DNA of 44,207 nt from an uncultured Atribacterota bacterium (GTDB taxonomy: Bacteria > Atribacterota > Phoenicimicrobiia > Phoenicimicrobiales > Phoenicimicrobiaceae). This document shows positions 9,148 through 19,545 of the stretch, piece by piece (position 1 is the stretch's first letter; each line of letters begins with the position of its first letter). The translations under genes and the position numbers were made by a program. The notes under the pieces are model-generated. The model searched no databases. It saw only the letters and a program-made list of their open reading frames with translations, and was not told the DNA's origin. The stretch spans positions 1-44,207 of the forward strand of contig CAZMLS010000002.1 of the NCBI GenBank assembly GCA_964567215.1, in the 5' to 3' direction.

Positions 9148-10164
9148 TTACAAGAACAATTCTTTTTCAATAATCTTCTCGGCTATCTGAACAGCATTTA
9201 ATGCTGCACCTTTTAAAAGGTTATCAGAGACAATCCACATGACCAGGCCATTATCTACCGAAATATCCTCTCTGATCCTTCCCACAAAGACTTCATCTTT
9301 CCCTTCAGCAAACAAAGGTAAAGGATATTTCAATTCTTTTGGATTATCGATTACTTTTATTCCGGGAAACTCGCTTAATATTTTTTGGGCTCTCTGTACT
9401 GAAATTTTTTTCTCAGTTTCAATATGGACTACTTCTGAATGCGCCCGGTAAACCGGTACCCTTACCGTGGTGGCAGCAACTCGAATTTTATCATCTCCAA
9501 ATATCTTTCTGGTCTCATGGAGCATTTTCATCTCTTCTGTGGTATAGCCATTTTCTCCAAAAGAACCGATATGAGGAAGTGTATTATATGCTATTTGATA
9601 GGGATATTCTTTTATTTTAACTTCTTTTCCAAATGCAATAGCTGCTGCTTGATTTTTTAGCTCTTCTATTGCTTTTTTCCCGGTTCCGGAAACACTTTGG
9701 TAAGTAGCAACTACTATTCTCTTAATACCTGCTTCATCGTAGATTGGTTTTAGAGCTACTACCATTTGAATGGTGGAACAATTGGGATTAGCAATTAAGC
9801 CTTTATGCCAATCAAGGTCATGAGGATTTACTTCTGGTACGACCAGAGGAACATTCGGATCCATACGGAAATATTTACAGTTATCTACTACAACTGTTCC
9901 CTGTTTTACCGCTAAAGGAGCAAAGTGAGCACTTACTTTATCCCCTGCTGAAAAAAGACCGATATCAATTCCGGAAAAAGAATCATCTTTTAATTCCCTA
10001 ACGTTAATCTTTTCTCCTCTAAACATATATTTTTTTCCGGTTGATCTTTCAGATGCAAAAAGACTTAACTTTTTTACCGGAAAATTTCTTTTTTCCAGGA
10101 CCGTCCTCATTTCTTCGCCTACTGCACCTGTAGCCCCTACTACGGCAATATTATATTCTTTCAT
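9148..10164 (-). CDS. asd: Aspartate-semialdehyde dehydrogenase
   Basis: GATGAVG NAD(P) fold, active-site IANPNCSTIQMV and a C-terminal DNLLKGAALNAVQIAE motif. 4-nt overlap with the upstream aspartate kinase gene. Confidence 0.96.
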   Translation of the reverse strand: MKEYNIAVVGATGAVGEEMRTVLEKRNFPVKKLSLFASERSTGKKYMFRGEKINVRELKDDSFSGIDIGLFSAGDKVSAHFAPLAVKQGTVVVDNCKYFRMDPNVPLVVPEVNPHDLDWHKGLIANPNCSTIQMVVALKPIYDEAGIKRIVVATYQSVSGTGKKAIEELKNQAAAIAFGKEVKIKEYPYQIAYNTLPHIGSFGENGYTTEEMKMLHETRKIFGDDKIRVAATTVRVPVYRAHSEVVHIETEKKISVQRAQKILSEFPGIKVIDNPKELKYPLPLFAEGKDEVFVGRIREDISVDNGLVMWIVSDNLLKGAALNAVQIAEKIIEKELFL

Positions 10165-11393
10165 TTTTTTCCACCTGCTTTTTTAAAATTAAATTCTTTA
10201 TGGATAGCCTTAACTGCTTTTTCTAAATGTTCAGATTTTATCAAACAAGATATTCTGATACCGGAAGTACTAATCATGTCAATGTTAACTTCCTCTTTGG
10301 ATAATGCACCAAACATTCTGGCGGCTACAAGGGGTTCACTGGTAATTCCTGCACCCACAATGGAAACCTTAGCAACTTCCGAATCAGATATTACTCCCCG
10401 GGCTTTCACCTCTTTGACAAATTTTTTAGTAATCTTATTTGCTTTATCAAAATCATTCATAGCAACTGTAAACGCAATATCGTTGATTTCTTTTCGACGA
10501 GAACTTTGAATAATCATATCTACAATGATTTCTTTCTCGGCTAAAGCTTTAAATAATTTATAAGCTATTCCGGGAATATCCGGAACACCTTCAGCGACAA
10601 TTTTACCTACGTTTTTTTCCTGGGTTACCCCTCTTACAATCACCTTTTCCAACATAGTATCTACCTCCTTTATCATCGTTCCTTCTCCCGGTTTAAAAGA
10701 TGATTTAACAATAATTTTCACCTTATAATTTCTCGCCAAATCTATAGCTCTGTAATGCATTACTTTTGCTCCCAGAATAGCCATCTCGGCCATTTCATCA
10801 TAGGAAATTACCGGAATACGACAAGCATTATGCACAATACGAGGATCTGCATTATATACACCACCTACGTCAGTAAATATCTCACATATATTTGCTTGTA
10901 GTTGTGCAGCTAATGCAATAGCTGTAGTATCCGAACCTCCCCTGCCCAATGTGGTGATATCACCGTTCAGATTAATACCCTGAAACCCGGCGACGATTAC
11001 AATATTACCCTTGCCAAGAGCGTTTTTTATTTTTTCATGATGAATATTAGTCACTTTAGCTTTGGTATGAGCTGCATTCGTTTCGATTCCGGCTTGTCGA
11101 CCGGTAAAAGAAATTGCTTCCCAGTTTAAATTATGAATTGCCATAGTTAATAGAGCAATAGAGACCTGTTCTCCGGTAGATAAAAGCATATCCAATTCTC
11201 TTTCTCTGGGATTTATTGTAATATCTTTAGCCATTTTTACTAATTTATCGGTACTCTTTCCCATGGCTGATACAACAATCACCAACCGATATCCCTCTTT
11301 TGCTTTTCTTACAACCTTTTCGGCTATTTTTTTAATTTTATTAATGTTGGAAACAGAACTTCCTCCATATTTTTGTACTATAATTTCATTCAT
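10161..11393 (-). CDS. Aspartate kinase (monofunctional, with ACT domains)
   Basis: VQKYGGSSV, VVVSAMGKSTD and TLGRGGSDTTA motifs, plus tandem C-terminal ACT domains. ATG 11393 preferred over the track's GTG 11408, which directly abuts GAGGAG. Confidence 0.95.
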   Translation of the reverse strand: MNEIIVQKYGGSSVSNINKIKKIAEKVVRKAKEGYRLVIVVSAMGKSTDKLVKMAKDITINPRERELDMLLSTGEQVSIALLTMAIHNLNWEAISFTGRQAGIETNAAHTKAKVTNIHHEKIKNALGKGNIVIVAGFQGINLNGDITTLGRGGSDTTAIALAAQLQANICEIFTDVGGVYNADPRIVHNACRIPVISYDEMAEMAILGAKVMHYRAIDLARNYKVKIIVKSSFKPGEGTMIKEVDTMLEKVIVRGVTQEKNVGKIVAEGVPDIPGIAYKLFKALAEKEIIVDMIIQSSRRKEINDIAFTVAMNDFDKANKITKKFVKEVKARGVISDSEVAKVSIVGAGITSEPLVAARMFGALSKEEVNIDMISTSGIRISCLIKSEHLEKAVKAIHKEFNFKKAGGKK

Positions 11394-11511
11394 TAGTAAA
11401 AATTTCACTCCTCAATTCTAACCTACATTTTCTCCTGATCACTTACCGCTTATTACTGTATTACTATACGCTCTACGCTAATCCTCTTAACTGTATACTC
11501 GATACTACATA

Positions 11512-12420
11512 CTATATACTTTCTTTAGTTCCCTCCAAATCTGCTTCCAAAACTAAAACTCGACAATTAATGCCTGCTTTTAAAAAAGTATCTTCCATAA
11601 TTTGGCTTATTATCTTCTCAGATCCTCTTTTTGTCAAAGATACCACAGTAGGACCTGAACCGCTTAAAGCAATGCCGGCGTGACCTGTATTTCTAACTTG
11701 AGAGAACATTTCTTTTATCCCCGGTATAAAAGAAGCCCTGAAAGGTTGATGAAGCTTGTCTTCCATGGCTTCAGCCAACAATGTCCAATCTGAATTTTGC
11801 AGTGCTTTTACTAAGAGGGCGGAACGGCTCAAATTAAATATTGCATCAGATAAAGGTATTTTATCGGGCAATACCTTTCTCATTTTTTCAGTACTTAAGA
11901 AAAAATCCGGGATAGCAACGACAACTCGTAAATCATCAGGAATTTTTATTTTAGCCCATTTTACCTGCTCTTTTCCGGTAGAATATGCCAGAGTGAATCC
12001 ACCAAGCAAGGCTGGAACGATGTTATCCATATGCCCCTCTAAAGATAGGGCTATTTCCAATATTTCCTGATAAGAAAGTTTCAAGTTATAAAGTCCGGTT
12101 GCAGCGACAATTCCACCTATTATTGCAGACGCACTACTTCCCAATCCTCTGGTTACCGGTATTTGATTTAAGATTTTTATTTTTAATCCCTTAATATCTT
12201 TCCCTTTATTGAATCTATCTAAAACCAGTTTAAAAGCTTTCCAGATTAAATTATTCTCACCTTCTTCAAATTGTGAAGCGCCTTCCCCTTGTGACTGAAT
12301 AATCAAACCTTGTTTTATCTCTTCAATTTCTAGAAATAAATATAGCTTTAAAGCCATTCCAAAACAATCAAACCCGGGTCCTAAATTAGCCGTAGTTGAC
12401 GGAACTTTAATTTTTATCAT
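11512..12420 (-). CDS. thrB: Homoserine kinase
   Basis: Start at ATG 12420 (MIKIKVPSTTANLGPGFD) with AAAGGAGAG upstream. GHMP kinase motif PVTRGLGSSASAI. Confidence 0.95.
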   Translation of the reverse strand: MIKIKVPSTTANLGPGFDCFGMALKLYLFLEIEEIKQGLIIQSQGEGASQFEEGENNLIWKAFKLVLDRFNKGKDIKGLKIKILNQIPVTRGLGSSASAIIGGIVAATGLYNLKLSYQEILEIALSLEGHMDNIVPALLGGFTLAYSTGKEQVKWAKIKIPDDLRVVVAIPDFFLSTEKMRKVLPDKIPLSDAIFNLSRSALLVKALQNSDWTLLAEAMEDKLHQPFRASFIPGIKEMFSQVRNTGHAGIALSGSGPTVVSLTKRGSEKIISQIMEDTFLKAGINCRVLVLEADLEGTKESI

Positions 12421-12451
12421 AAATTCTCTCCTTTGACCAATTTGCCAGTTT

Positions 12452-12483
12452 GCCAATCAATATAAGAGCCAATCAATATAAGA
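12452..12483. repeat. Perfect 16-nt tandem duplication just upstream of thrB
   Basis: gccaatcaatataaga occurs twice (12452-12467, 12468-12483), flanked by ttgccagtttgccaat. Lies 32-63 nt upstream of the thrB start on the minus strand. Confidence 0.8.
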
Positions 12484-12688
12484 TAAAGATCAATTCACCG
12501 ATTAGGGTATATTTTTTTACTTCATCTTATTCTTTGATTTTCTCAACCAACTAACTAACTCTTTTCTTATTACTAATGACTCATCACTGTTGTATTTATT
12601 CCCCGCTTATGCTCTGTGTGCTATATGCCAACCCGCAATTAAAAGCTGTATTTTCTCTTATACTATATCCCACATGCTCGATACTGTT

Positions 12689-13975
12689 TTAAATTTCCAC
12701 CACTCTAATTACATTGCATATTTTTTCCACACAACTTAATCCGGTAACTTTCTTGAGTGCTTCCTGCATATTTCCTTCTTTGGCTTTATGAGTTAAAAAG
12801 ACTATATCTACTATTTCTCCTACTTCGCCTTTCTGGATCACCGAAGCAAAACTAACCTTTTTTTCAGTAAATGAACCTGCAATTTCCGCTAAAACTCCCG
12901 GCCTGTCTTTTACTCTAATTCTTAAATAATAAGAAGAATGTGTTTGTTTAAAATCCTTTACTTTCTTTTCTTTAAAATATTTGAATTTGCTATTGTAATT
13001 ATCATAATTTTTTACTATTTCTATTATGTCGCTAACAATCATGCTCCCCGCAGGTAAAGCACCTGCTCCCAGACCAGAGAAAGTTAAATCTCCAAAACCA
13101 TTTCCTCTAGTTAAAATACCATTATACGCTCCTTCAATACTTGCCAAACGATGTTTTTTAGGTACTAAGGCAGGATGCACTTTTATATTTAATTCCTGGT
13201 TCAGGTTTTTTGCCAATGCTAATAACTTAATTTTATATCCTAATTCCCTGGCATATTCTATGTCAGTCTTAGAAATATTTCTTATTCCTTCACAGTAAAT
13301 ATCATCCAAATTAATCCTCGCCTTAAATGCAATCATGGAGAGAATAAATATTTTATAAAGAGAATCAAGACCATCAATATCCTTACCGGGATCTGCTTCT
13401 GCAAAACCTTTTTCCTGTGCTTCTTTTAAAACTTCTCCATACTCTCTACCTTCTTCGCTCATTTTAGTTAGAATATAGTTCGTGGTACCATTTAAGATTC
13501 CTGCTATCTCCATAATTGGATAAGAAGTTAAAGAGCGGGAAAGTGCACCGATGATAGGAATTGCGCTAGCCACACTTGCCTCAAAGAGAAAATGTACTTT
13601 ATTTTTCTTTGCCAGGGATAATATTTCGTATCCTGCTTTAGCTACAACTTCCTTATTTGCAGTAACGACATGCTTCCCCGTTTTTAATGCTTGAAGGATT
13701 ATGCTTCTTGACGGTTCAAAACCTCCGATAGTCTCTACTATAATATCTATGTCCGGATCGCTGATAACTTCTTTGGTAGAATCGGTTAAAATTTTGTAAT
13801 CGTTTTTATTTTCAAGAACAATCTTTTCATTTTTATCAACTATTTTTTTTACAATTATTTTATAAGGGGGTACTCCTTCGTTGATAAATTCCTTATTTTG
13901 CCGTAATATTCCAAGCACTCCCTTACCTACCGTACCTAATCCTAATATCCCAACATTAATTTCTTTTTTCTTCAT
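12689..13975 (-). CDS. hom: Homoserine dehydrogenase (with C-terminal ACT domain)
   Basis: Start moved to ATG 13975 (MKKKEINVGILGLGTVGKGV NAD fold). ANKEV and GILNGTTNYIL motifs. C-terminal ACT domain (YYLRIRVKDRPGVLAEIAG). Confidence 0.95.
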   Translation of the reverse strand: MKKKEINVGILGLGTVGKGVLGILRQNKEFINEGVPPYKIIVKKIVDKNEKIVLENKNDYKILTDSTKEVISDPDIDIIVETIGGFEPSRSIILQALKTGKHVVTANKEVVAKAGYEILSLAKKNKVHFLFEASVASAIPIIGALSRSLTSYPIMEIAGILNGTTNYILTKMSEEGREYGEVLKEAQEKGFAEADPGKDIDGLDSLYKIFILSMIAFKARINLDDIYCEGIRNISKTDIEYARELGYKIKLLALAKNLNQELNIKVHPALVPKKHRLASIEGAYNGILTRGNGFGDLTFSGLGAGALPAGSMIVSDIIEIVKNYDNYNSKFKYFKEKKVKDFKQTHSSYYLRIRVKDRPGVLAEIAGSFTEKKVSFASVIQKGEVGEIVDIVFLTHKAKEGNMQEALKKVTGLSCVEKICNVIRVVEI

Positions 13976-14014
13976 ATTGACACACCAACCTTTGCCTTTA
14001 CTATATATAAAAAT

Positions 14015-14247
14015 AAAAAAAACCTTCCACTTTATCACATTGATAAAGACGAAAGATTTCGCGGTTCCACTTTATTTCTCTGAAATTCTATTTTTCAGAA
14101 CTCTCTTTTAAGATATAAAGGTCTTTCCCTTAAAAAGATTTACTCTTTTATTAGATTCATCTTAAGCCTCGAGGTTGGTTTTCGGCATTTAATTTATTCA
14201 TTCAAATCACTTGCCTACTCTTCCTTTCATCGGCATTTTTTGAAATT
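14015..14247 (-). promoter_or_regulatory. T-box riboswitch leader of hom (terminator/antiterminator type)
   Basis: Minus-strand read. Stem I is GCCGAUGAAAGGAAGAGUAGGCA...UGCCGAAAACCAACCUCGAGGC (14166-14234), with a GA/K-turn base and AGAGUA S-turn. Stem III is UCUGAAA/UUUCAGA. The T-box is AAAUAAAGUGGAACCGCG (14060-14077). The antiterminator pairs AUAAAG (14070-14075) with CUUUAU (14043-14048) around a UGGAACC bulge. A competing terminator at 14025-14053 is followed by U8 (14015-14022). Confidence 0.8.
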
Positions 14248-14253
14248 TTCATA

Positions 14254-14282
14254 ATTTTAGCACTCGGACTTAATTTTGTCAA
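14254..14282 (-). promoter_or_regulatory. Sigma-70-type promoter for the T-box/hom transcript
   Basis: Minus strand: TTGACA (14277-14282), 17 nt spacer, TAAAAT (14254-14259). Confidence 0.6.
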
Positions 14283-14355
14283 AATTTCTCTATAAATTAA
14301 TTTGTTAATTTTATGTAAAAACAAAGATAATAGTTTAATCACTCTCAAAATAACA

Positions 14356-14387
14356 AAATACTCACACCTAAACAGGTGTGAGTATTT
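14356..14387 (-). terminator. Intrinsic terminator of gyrA
   Basis: 14-bp perfect stem aaatactcacacct/aggtgtgagtattt with a 4-nt loop. On the minus strand it is followed by UGUUAUUUUG. Confidence 0.8.
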
Positions 14388-14429
14388 AACTTAATTTAAA
14401 TCAGATTAAAAAATAAAAACGTATTTATC

Positions 14430-16973
14430 TTAACTTAAATCACTTAAATCAACATTTTCATTAGATACCAGGGCAAGGCTAGCTACTTTGTCATCGGGCG
14501 AAAGATTCATTATTTTAACTCCCTGCGTATATCTTCCGGTTTTGCGGATTTCATTTACCGGCACCCGAATTACAATTCCGTTTTGGCTGATTAATACGAT
14601 CTCATCTTCTTCCCTAACTACCTTAACCGCTATTACCAGACCCTTTTCATCATTTATCTTAATAGTGTACATCCCTTTTCCGCCCTGTTTTTTAAACTGT
14701 CTAAACGCTTTTATATTTGTCCTTTTAGCGTACCCTTTTTCCGTAACTACAAGCAGGTCGTCATTACTGTCTTTTGGAACCAGGCTAATATTTATAATAT
14801 AATCTTCACCTTGCAAAGTCATTCCTTTAATTCCCATACCAGTTCTTGCCAAAGGTCTAAGTAGATCCCCGGAAAAACAGACCGATTTACCATAACGGGA
14901 AGTTAAGATAACATTCTTATGGTTATTTTCAAGCCTGACTTTTACCAATTCATCTCCGGGAACAAGGCGAAGGGCAATAATGCCTACATTTCTTAAATTA
15001 GAAAAATAAGAAAGATGCACTTTTTTTATTTTACCTTTATGAGTAGCCATATATAGAAATTTATCTTCATTTTCTTTGGATTCGGATAAGGTATTCCCCT
15101 CTATTGGTATAAGCGTGGTAACATATTCTCCTTTTTGAAGTTTTAGAAGATTAACAATTGCTATTCCACGAGAAGTTCTTCCACCCATAGATATTTTATA
15201 TGCTCTTCTACGGTGAACGATACCTTTGTTAGTAAAAAACAAAATATCGTGAAGGTTGGTGGTAACAAAAACCTGGTTAACAATATCTTCTAATTTGGTA
15301 GTCATGCCAATTTTCCCTTTACCGCCCCTTCTCTGATTTCGGTAAGTGCTTAAAGGAAGACGTTTTAAGTATCCGCCACGTGTATAAGTGATTACAATAT
15401 CTTCCATGGCAATAAAGTCTTCAATATCATATTCTTCTTCATCTTCAACGATTTCGGTTCTTCTTTCGTCCCCATGTTTTTCTTTCATTTCTAATAATTC
15501 AGCCTTAATAATTAGCATCAATTTCTTTTCATTTTGCAAGATATCTTCTAAATAGGCAATTTTTCTTATTAATTCCAAATATTCTTCTAAAATCTTTTCG
15601 GTTTCCAAGGACGTCAGACGTTGCAACTTCATATCTAGAATTGCTTGTGCTTGAATATCGCTCAAACTAAATCTACTTTTAAGTTTGGCATGGGCTGCTT
15701 TTGCATTTTGTGATTTTTTAATAATTTGTACTACTTCGTCAATATTTGACAAAGCAATCTTTAGCCCTTCTAAAATATGAGCTCTTTCCCTGGCTTTTCT
15801 CAGCTCATACCTGGTTCTTCTTTCTACCACATCTTTACGATGAGCTAAGAAACACTTTAGTGCCTCTTTTAGATTAAAGGTTTTAGGACGACCTTCAGAG
15901 ATTGCTAAAAGATTTATCCCAAAGCTAATTTTCATTTGAGTATGCTTGTAAAGATTATTTAATACGATATCAACATTAGCATTTTTCTTCAATTCTATAA
16001 CAACTCGCATCCCTTTTCTATCAGATTCATCTCTTAATTGTGTAATGTCAGTGATTTTTTTATCTTGAACCAGGTGCGCAATGTTTTCTATTAAATTCGC
16101 CTTATTTACTTGATAGGGAAGCTCTTTAATAATAATACGTGGGCTCTTTTTTCTTCCGCTACTTCCGTTTTCGGCACCTTCAGTAAATACTGCTGCTTGA
16201 ATTTTTATAATACCTTTTCCGGTTTCATAAGCACTTCTTATTCCTGATTTACCACAAATAATTGCTCCGGTGGGAAAATCCGGTCCTTTAATTGCTATCA
16301 TTAATTTTTGAATAGAAACTTCCGGATCTTCTATCATCATAATTGCACCATCTGCAACCTCATTTAAATTATGTGGAGGTATATTGGTGGCCATTCCCAC
16401 AGCAATTCCTGAAGAACCATTAATTAAGAGATGGGGAATCTTAGACGGCAAAACTTCCGGCTCTTGAAGAGAATTGTCATAATTCGGGATAAGGTTTACA
16501 GTCTCTTTATCAATATCAGCAAGTAATTCCATTGCAATTTTTGACATGCGGATTTCGGTATATCTTTGTGCGGCAGCACAATCTCCGTCAATAGAACCAA
16601 AATTTCCCTGGCCATCGACCAAAGGATAGCGATAAGAAAAATCCTGAGCCATTCTCACAATGGTATCATATACGGCCGTATCACCGTGAGGATGGTATTT
16701 TCCTATAATATCCCCTACCAACCGAGCAGATTTTTTATAGGGCTTATCGGGAGTATTGCCCATTTTACTCATAGAATATAATGCCCTGCGATGTACCGGT
16801 TTTAATCCGTCACGGACATCAGGTATAGCTCTTCCTATAATAACGCTCATGGCATAACTAAGATAGGCCTCTTTAACTTCATCTCCAATATCTGTCGGTA
16901 GATTCCTTCCATTTTCTGCAAATTGTTCTTTTTCATCTTCTGGTGATTGGTTTATATTTTCTTTATCTTCCAT
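14430..16973 (-). CDS. gyrA: DNA gyrase subunit A
   Basis: 847 aa. [16 protein letters not shown] and [10 protein letters not shown] (catalytic Tyr region) motifs, plus a C-terminal beta-pinwheel repeat region. Confidence 0.98.
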   Translation of the reverse strand: MEDKENINQSPEDEKEQFAENGRNLPTDIGDEVKEAYLSYAMSVIIGRAIPDVRDGLKPVHRRALYSMSKMGNTPDKPYKKSARLVGDIIGKYHPHGDTAVYDTIVRMAQDFSYRYPLVDGQGNFGSIDGDCAAAQRYTEIRMSKIAMELLADIDKETVNLIPNYDNSLQEPEVLPSKIPHLLINGSSGIAVGMATNIPPHNLNEVADGAIMMIEDPEVSIQKLMIAIKGPDFPTGAIICGKSGIRSAYETGKGIIKIQAAVFTEGAENGSSGRKKSPRIIIKELPYQVNKANLIENIAHLVQDKKITDITQLRDESDRKGMRVVIELKKNANVDIVLNNLYKHTQMKISFGINLLAISEGRPKTFNLKEALKCFLAHRKDVVERRTRYELRKARERAHILEGLKIALSNIDEVVQIIKKSQNAKAAHAKLKSRFSLSDIQAQAILDMKLQRLTSLETEKILEEYLELIRKIAYLEDILQNEKKLMLIIKAELLEMKEKHGDERRTEIVEDEEEYDIEDFIAMEDIVITYTRGGYLKRLPLSTYRNQRRGGKGKIGMTTKLEDIVNQVFVTTNLHDILFFTNKGIVHRRRAYKISMGGRTSRGIAIVNLLKLQKGEYVTTLIPIEGNTLSESKENEDKFLYMATHKGKIKKVHLSYFSNLRNVGIIALRLVPGDELVKVRLENNHKNVILTSRYGKSVCFSGDLLRPLARTGMGIKGMTLQGEDYIINISLVPKDSNDDLLVVTEKGYAKRTNIKAFRQFKKQGGKGMYTIKINDEKGLVIAVKVVREEDEIVLISQNGIVIRVPVNEIRKTGRYTQGVKIMNLSPDDKVASLALVSNENVDLSDLS

Positions 16974-17112
16974 TAATTGATTTTCTCCGATTTTCTTAGT
17001 CGTTAACTGAGAGTTATTAGTGTTTGGCTTGTTAATTGTTTATTTCTAATCATTTGAGAAAAAAAATATTTTCTAACAAAATTCATAACGGCAATTTTAC
17101 TAATAACTATTG

Positions 17113-19065
17113 CTAAATATCCAGATCCTTTACATCCAAACTATGTTCATAGATAAATTCTTTTCGGGGTTCAACTTTTCCCCCCATTAAAATAGTAAAC
17201 GTGTTTTCTGCTTCAATATTGTCTTCCAGCTCTATTCTCTTTAAAACCCTGTATTTTGGATTCATGGTCGTTTCCCATAATTGTTCAGGGTTCATTTCTC
17301 CTAGACCTTTATATCTTTGAATACGAGGATTTCCATCAATTTCTTTTAATTTCTCCTCTAACGCTTTATCATCAAACAAATAATGGCTTTTTTTATTATA
17401 TTCAATTTTAAATAAGGGAGGTTGTGCAATATAGATATTTCCTCTTTCAATCAAAGGCTTCATATAACGGAAGAAAAAAGTAAGTAATAATGTTTTAATA
17501 TGAGCTCCGTCCACATCAGCATCAGTCATGATAATAATTTTATAATATCTTAATTTTTCCATATCTAAGTCTTCACCAATATTTATTCCCAAAGCAGTAA
17601 TAATAGATTTTATTTCATTATTGTCTAATATTTTATGTAGGCGGGCTTTTTCAACATTAATTATTTTTCCTCTTAGAGGTAGAATTGCCTGAAATCTTCT
17701 ATCTCTGCCTTGTTTAGCAGAACCGCCGGCAGAATCTCCCTCAACGATGAATATTTCTCTAAAAAGAGGATCTTTTTCTGAACAATCTGCCAATTTTCCA
17801 GGAAGAGTTCCTAGTCCTATAAGGCCATTTTTTTGTCGAACTAAATTCCGGGCCTTTCTTGCGGCTTCTCTGGCACTTAGTGCAGAAACTGCTTTTGCTA
17901 GTATTTTTTTACTCACATTTGGATTTTCATTGAGAAAATTATTTAAGCCCTCACTGACAATATAAGAAACCGCTCCTCTTACTTCGCTATTTCCTAATTT
18001 AGTTTTGGTTTGCCCTTCAAATTGAGGATTCAATAGTTTTACACTGATTACCGCAGTTAATCCTTCTCTTACATCATTGCCGGACAGGCTACTATCTCCG
18101 CTCCCTTTTAAAGGGGATTTTTTACCATTAGATCCAATATTATTACGTGCATAATCGTTAATAACTCTGGTTATTGCTGCTTTAAAACCAGCAAGGTGAG
18201 TGCCCCCTTCTTCAGTGTTAATATTGTTCGCAAAAGAAAGGACATTCTCCACATAGCCATCATTATATTGCAAGGCAACTTCTACTTCAATATCTTCTTT
18301 TTTTCCCTTAAAACAGATAGGTTTGGGAAATATAACATCCTTATTTTTATTTAAATAACTAACAAATTCACTGATTCCACCATTATATTTATAAGAAATT
18401 TCTTTCTTTTCTTCTCTTTCATCTTTTAAAATAATCTCTACCCCTGCATTTAAAAAGGCAATTTCTCTTAAACGATGGGTAATAGTATCAAAATCATAGT
18501 TAGTCTCTTCAAAAATGTCAGGATCGGGCTTAAATGTGATTTTAGTTCCGGTTCGAGAAGATTTTCCGATATTTTTTAAAGCGGTTACAGTATTTCCTCT
18601 CTCAAATCTCTGAAAAAATATTTTTGAGTCTCTTGCTACTTCCACTTCCAGCCATTCCGAAAGTGCATTTACAACCGAAAGACCTACTCCGTGAAGGCCA
18701 CCGGTAACCCGATATCCGCTTCCTCCAAATTTTCCACCGGCATGTAATTTGGTCAACACTATGGTTACTGCCGGAAGTTTTGTCTCTTTATGTATGTCCA
18801 CCGGAATTCCTCGGCCATCATCGGTAACTGTAACGCTATTATTAGGATAAATTGTTACTTCAATTTTTTTACAGTAACCGGCCATTGCCTCATCGATACT
18901 ATTATCTACTACCTCGTCTAGTAGATGGTGTAGTCCTCTACTAGACGTGCTACCTATATACATGCCTGGTCTTTTTCTAACTGCTTCCAACCCTTCCAGA
19001 ACTTGTATTTGTTTGGCAGTATATTGATTTTCTTTCTTAGTCTTTGTTTTTTTCTTTTCTACCAA
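17113..19065 (-). CDS. gyrB: DNA gyrase subunit B
   Basis: 650 aa. GHKL ATPase motifs ([23 protein letters not shown]) and Toprim motifs ([27 protein letters not shown]). Confidence 0.98.
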   Translation of the reverse strand: MVEKKKTKTKKENQYTAKQIQVLEGLEAVRKRPGMYIGSTSSRGLHHLLDEVVDNSIDEAMAGYCKKIEVTIYPNNSVTVTDDGRGIPVDIHKETKLPAVTIVLTKLHAGGKFGGSGYRVTGGLHGVGLSVVNALSEWLEVEVARDSKIFFQRFERGNTVTALKNIGKSSRTGTKITFKPDPDIFEETNYDFDTITHRLREIAFLNAGVEIILKDEREEKKEISYKYNGGISEFVSYLNKNKDVIFPKPICFKGKKEDIEVEVALQYNDGYVENVLSFANNINTEEGGTHLAGFKAAITRVINDYARNNIGSNGKKSPLKGSGDSSLSGNDVREGLTAVISVKLLNPQFEGQTKTKLGNSEVRGAVSYIVSEGLNNFLNENPNVSKKILAKAVSALSAREAARKARNLVRQKNGLIGLGTLPGKLADCSEKDPLFREIFIVEGDSAGGSAKQGRDRRFQAILPLRGKIINVEKARLHKILDNNEIKSIITALGINIGEDLDMEKLRYYKIIIMTDADVDGAHIKTLLLTFFFRYMKPLIERGNIYIAQPPLFKIEYNKKSHYLFDDKALEEKLKEIDGNPRIQRYKGLGEMNPEQLWETTMNPKYRVLKRIELEDNIEAENTFTILMGGKVEPRKEFIYEHSLDVKDLDI

Positions 19066-19168
19066 GATACTAAACTCCTACCAAAATGAAACCGCAGCTT
19101 AAGGCCACGGTTTATATCCTGTACTTTCTTAGGATATTAATTATTTTATTTTAATATTTTCTATCATA

Positions 19169-19197
19169 ATTTTACTATATAATAGGGTTTTTGTCAA
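19169..19197 (-). promoter_or_regulatory. Candidate promoter for gyrB-gyrA
   Basis: Minus strand: TTGACA (19192-19197), 17 nt spacer, TAAAAT (19169-19174). The roughly 100-nt leader contains an AAACCG...CGGUUU hairpin. Confidence 0.5.
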
Positions 19198-19251
19198 AAT
19201 AACATTGATAACAATATCTTGTAAATCGGAAATATTTTTAAAGAAATGTAG

Positions 19252-19545
19252 TTATATTCTAAATCTAATATCGTTAATAATCTCTTCTCCTGCCTTTGAA
19301 TTAATTTTTTTTATAATCTCCCCTTTTCTAATACTTAATTCGTTAGCCCAGACATTGCTTTCCACTTTTAAGAACAAGGTCTGTCCCTGGATTTTGATAG
19401 GTTGAGAATGGCCGGCAATTTTTTTTCCCACTACTTCAACCCAGTTATAAACAGTTTGATATCCTTTTACCTTTTGTTCTAATTTATTTTTTTTTAAGAA
19501 AGAATCTAAAATATGCTTTATCGGGGTCAGGTTTTTTTTCTTCAT
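19252..19545 (-). CDS. DUF721 domain protein (DciA-like helicase-loading factor family)
   Basis: 97 aa with the W..VVG..IA..S.P..I....L.L.V.S..WA.EL pattern. Sits in the classic recF-DUF721-gyrB position and overlaps recF by 4 nt. Confidence 0.85.
   Translation of the reverse strand: MKKKNLTPIKHILDSFLKKNKLEQKVKGYQTVYNWVEVVGKKIAGHSQPIKIQGQTLFLKVESNVWANELSIRKGEIIKKINSKAGEEIINDIRFRI

Noticed and set aside
12452-12483. CRISPR array or other long tandem repeat
   Set aside because: Only short two-copy tandem duplications exist in the window: 16 nt here, 11 nt at 28673, 10 nt at 29308 and 15 nt at 41701. There is no repeat-spacer periodicity and there are no cas genes.
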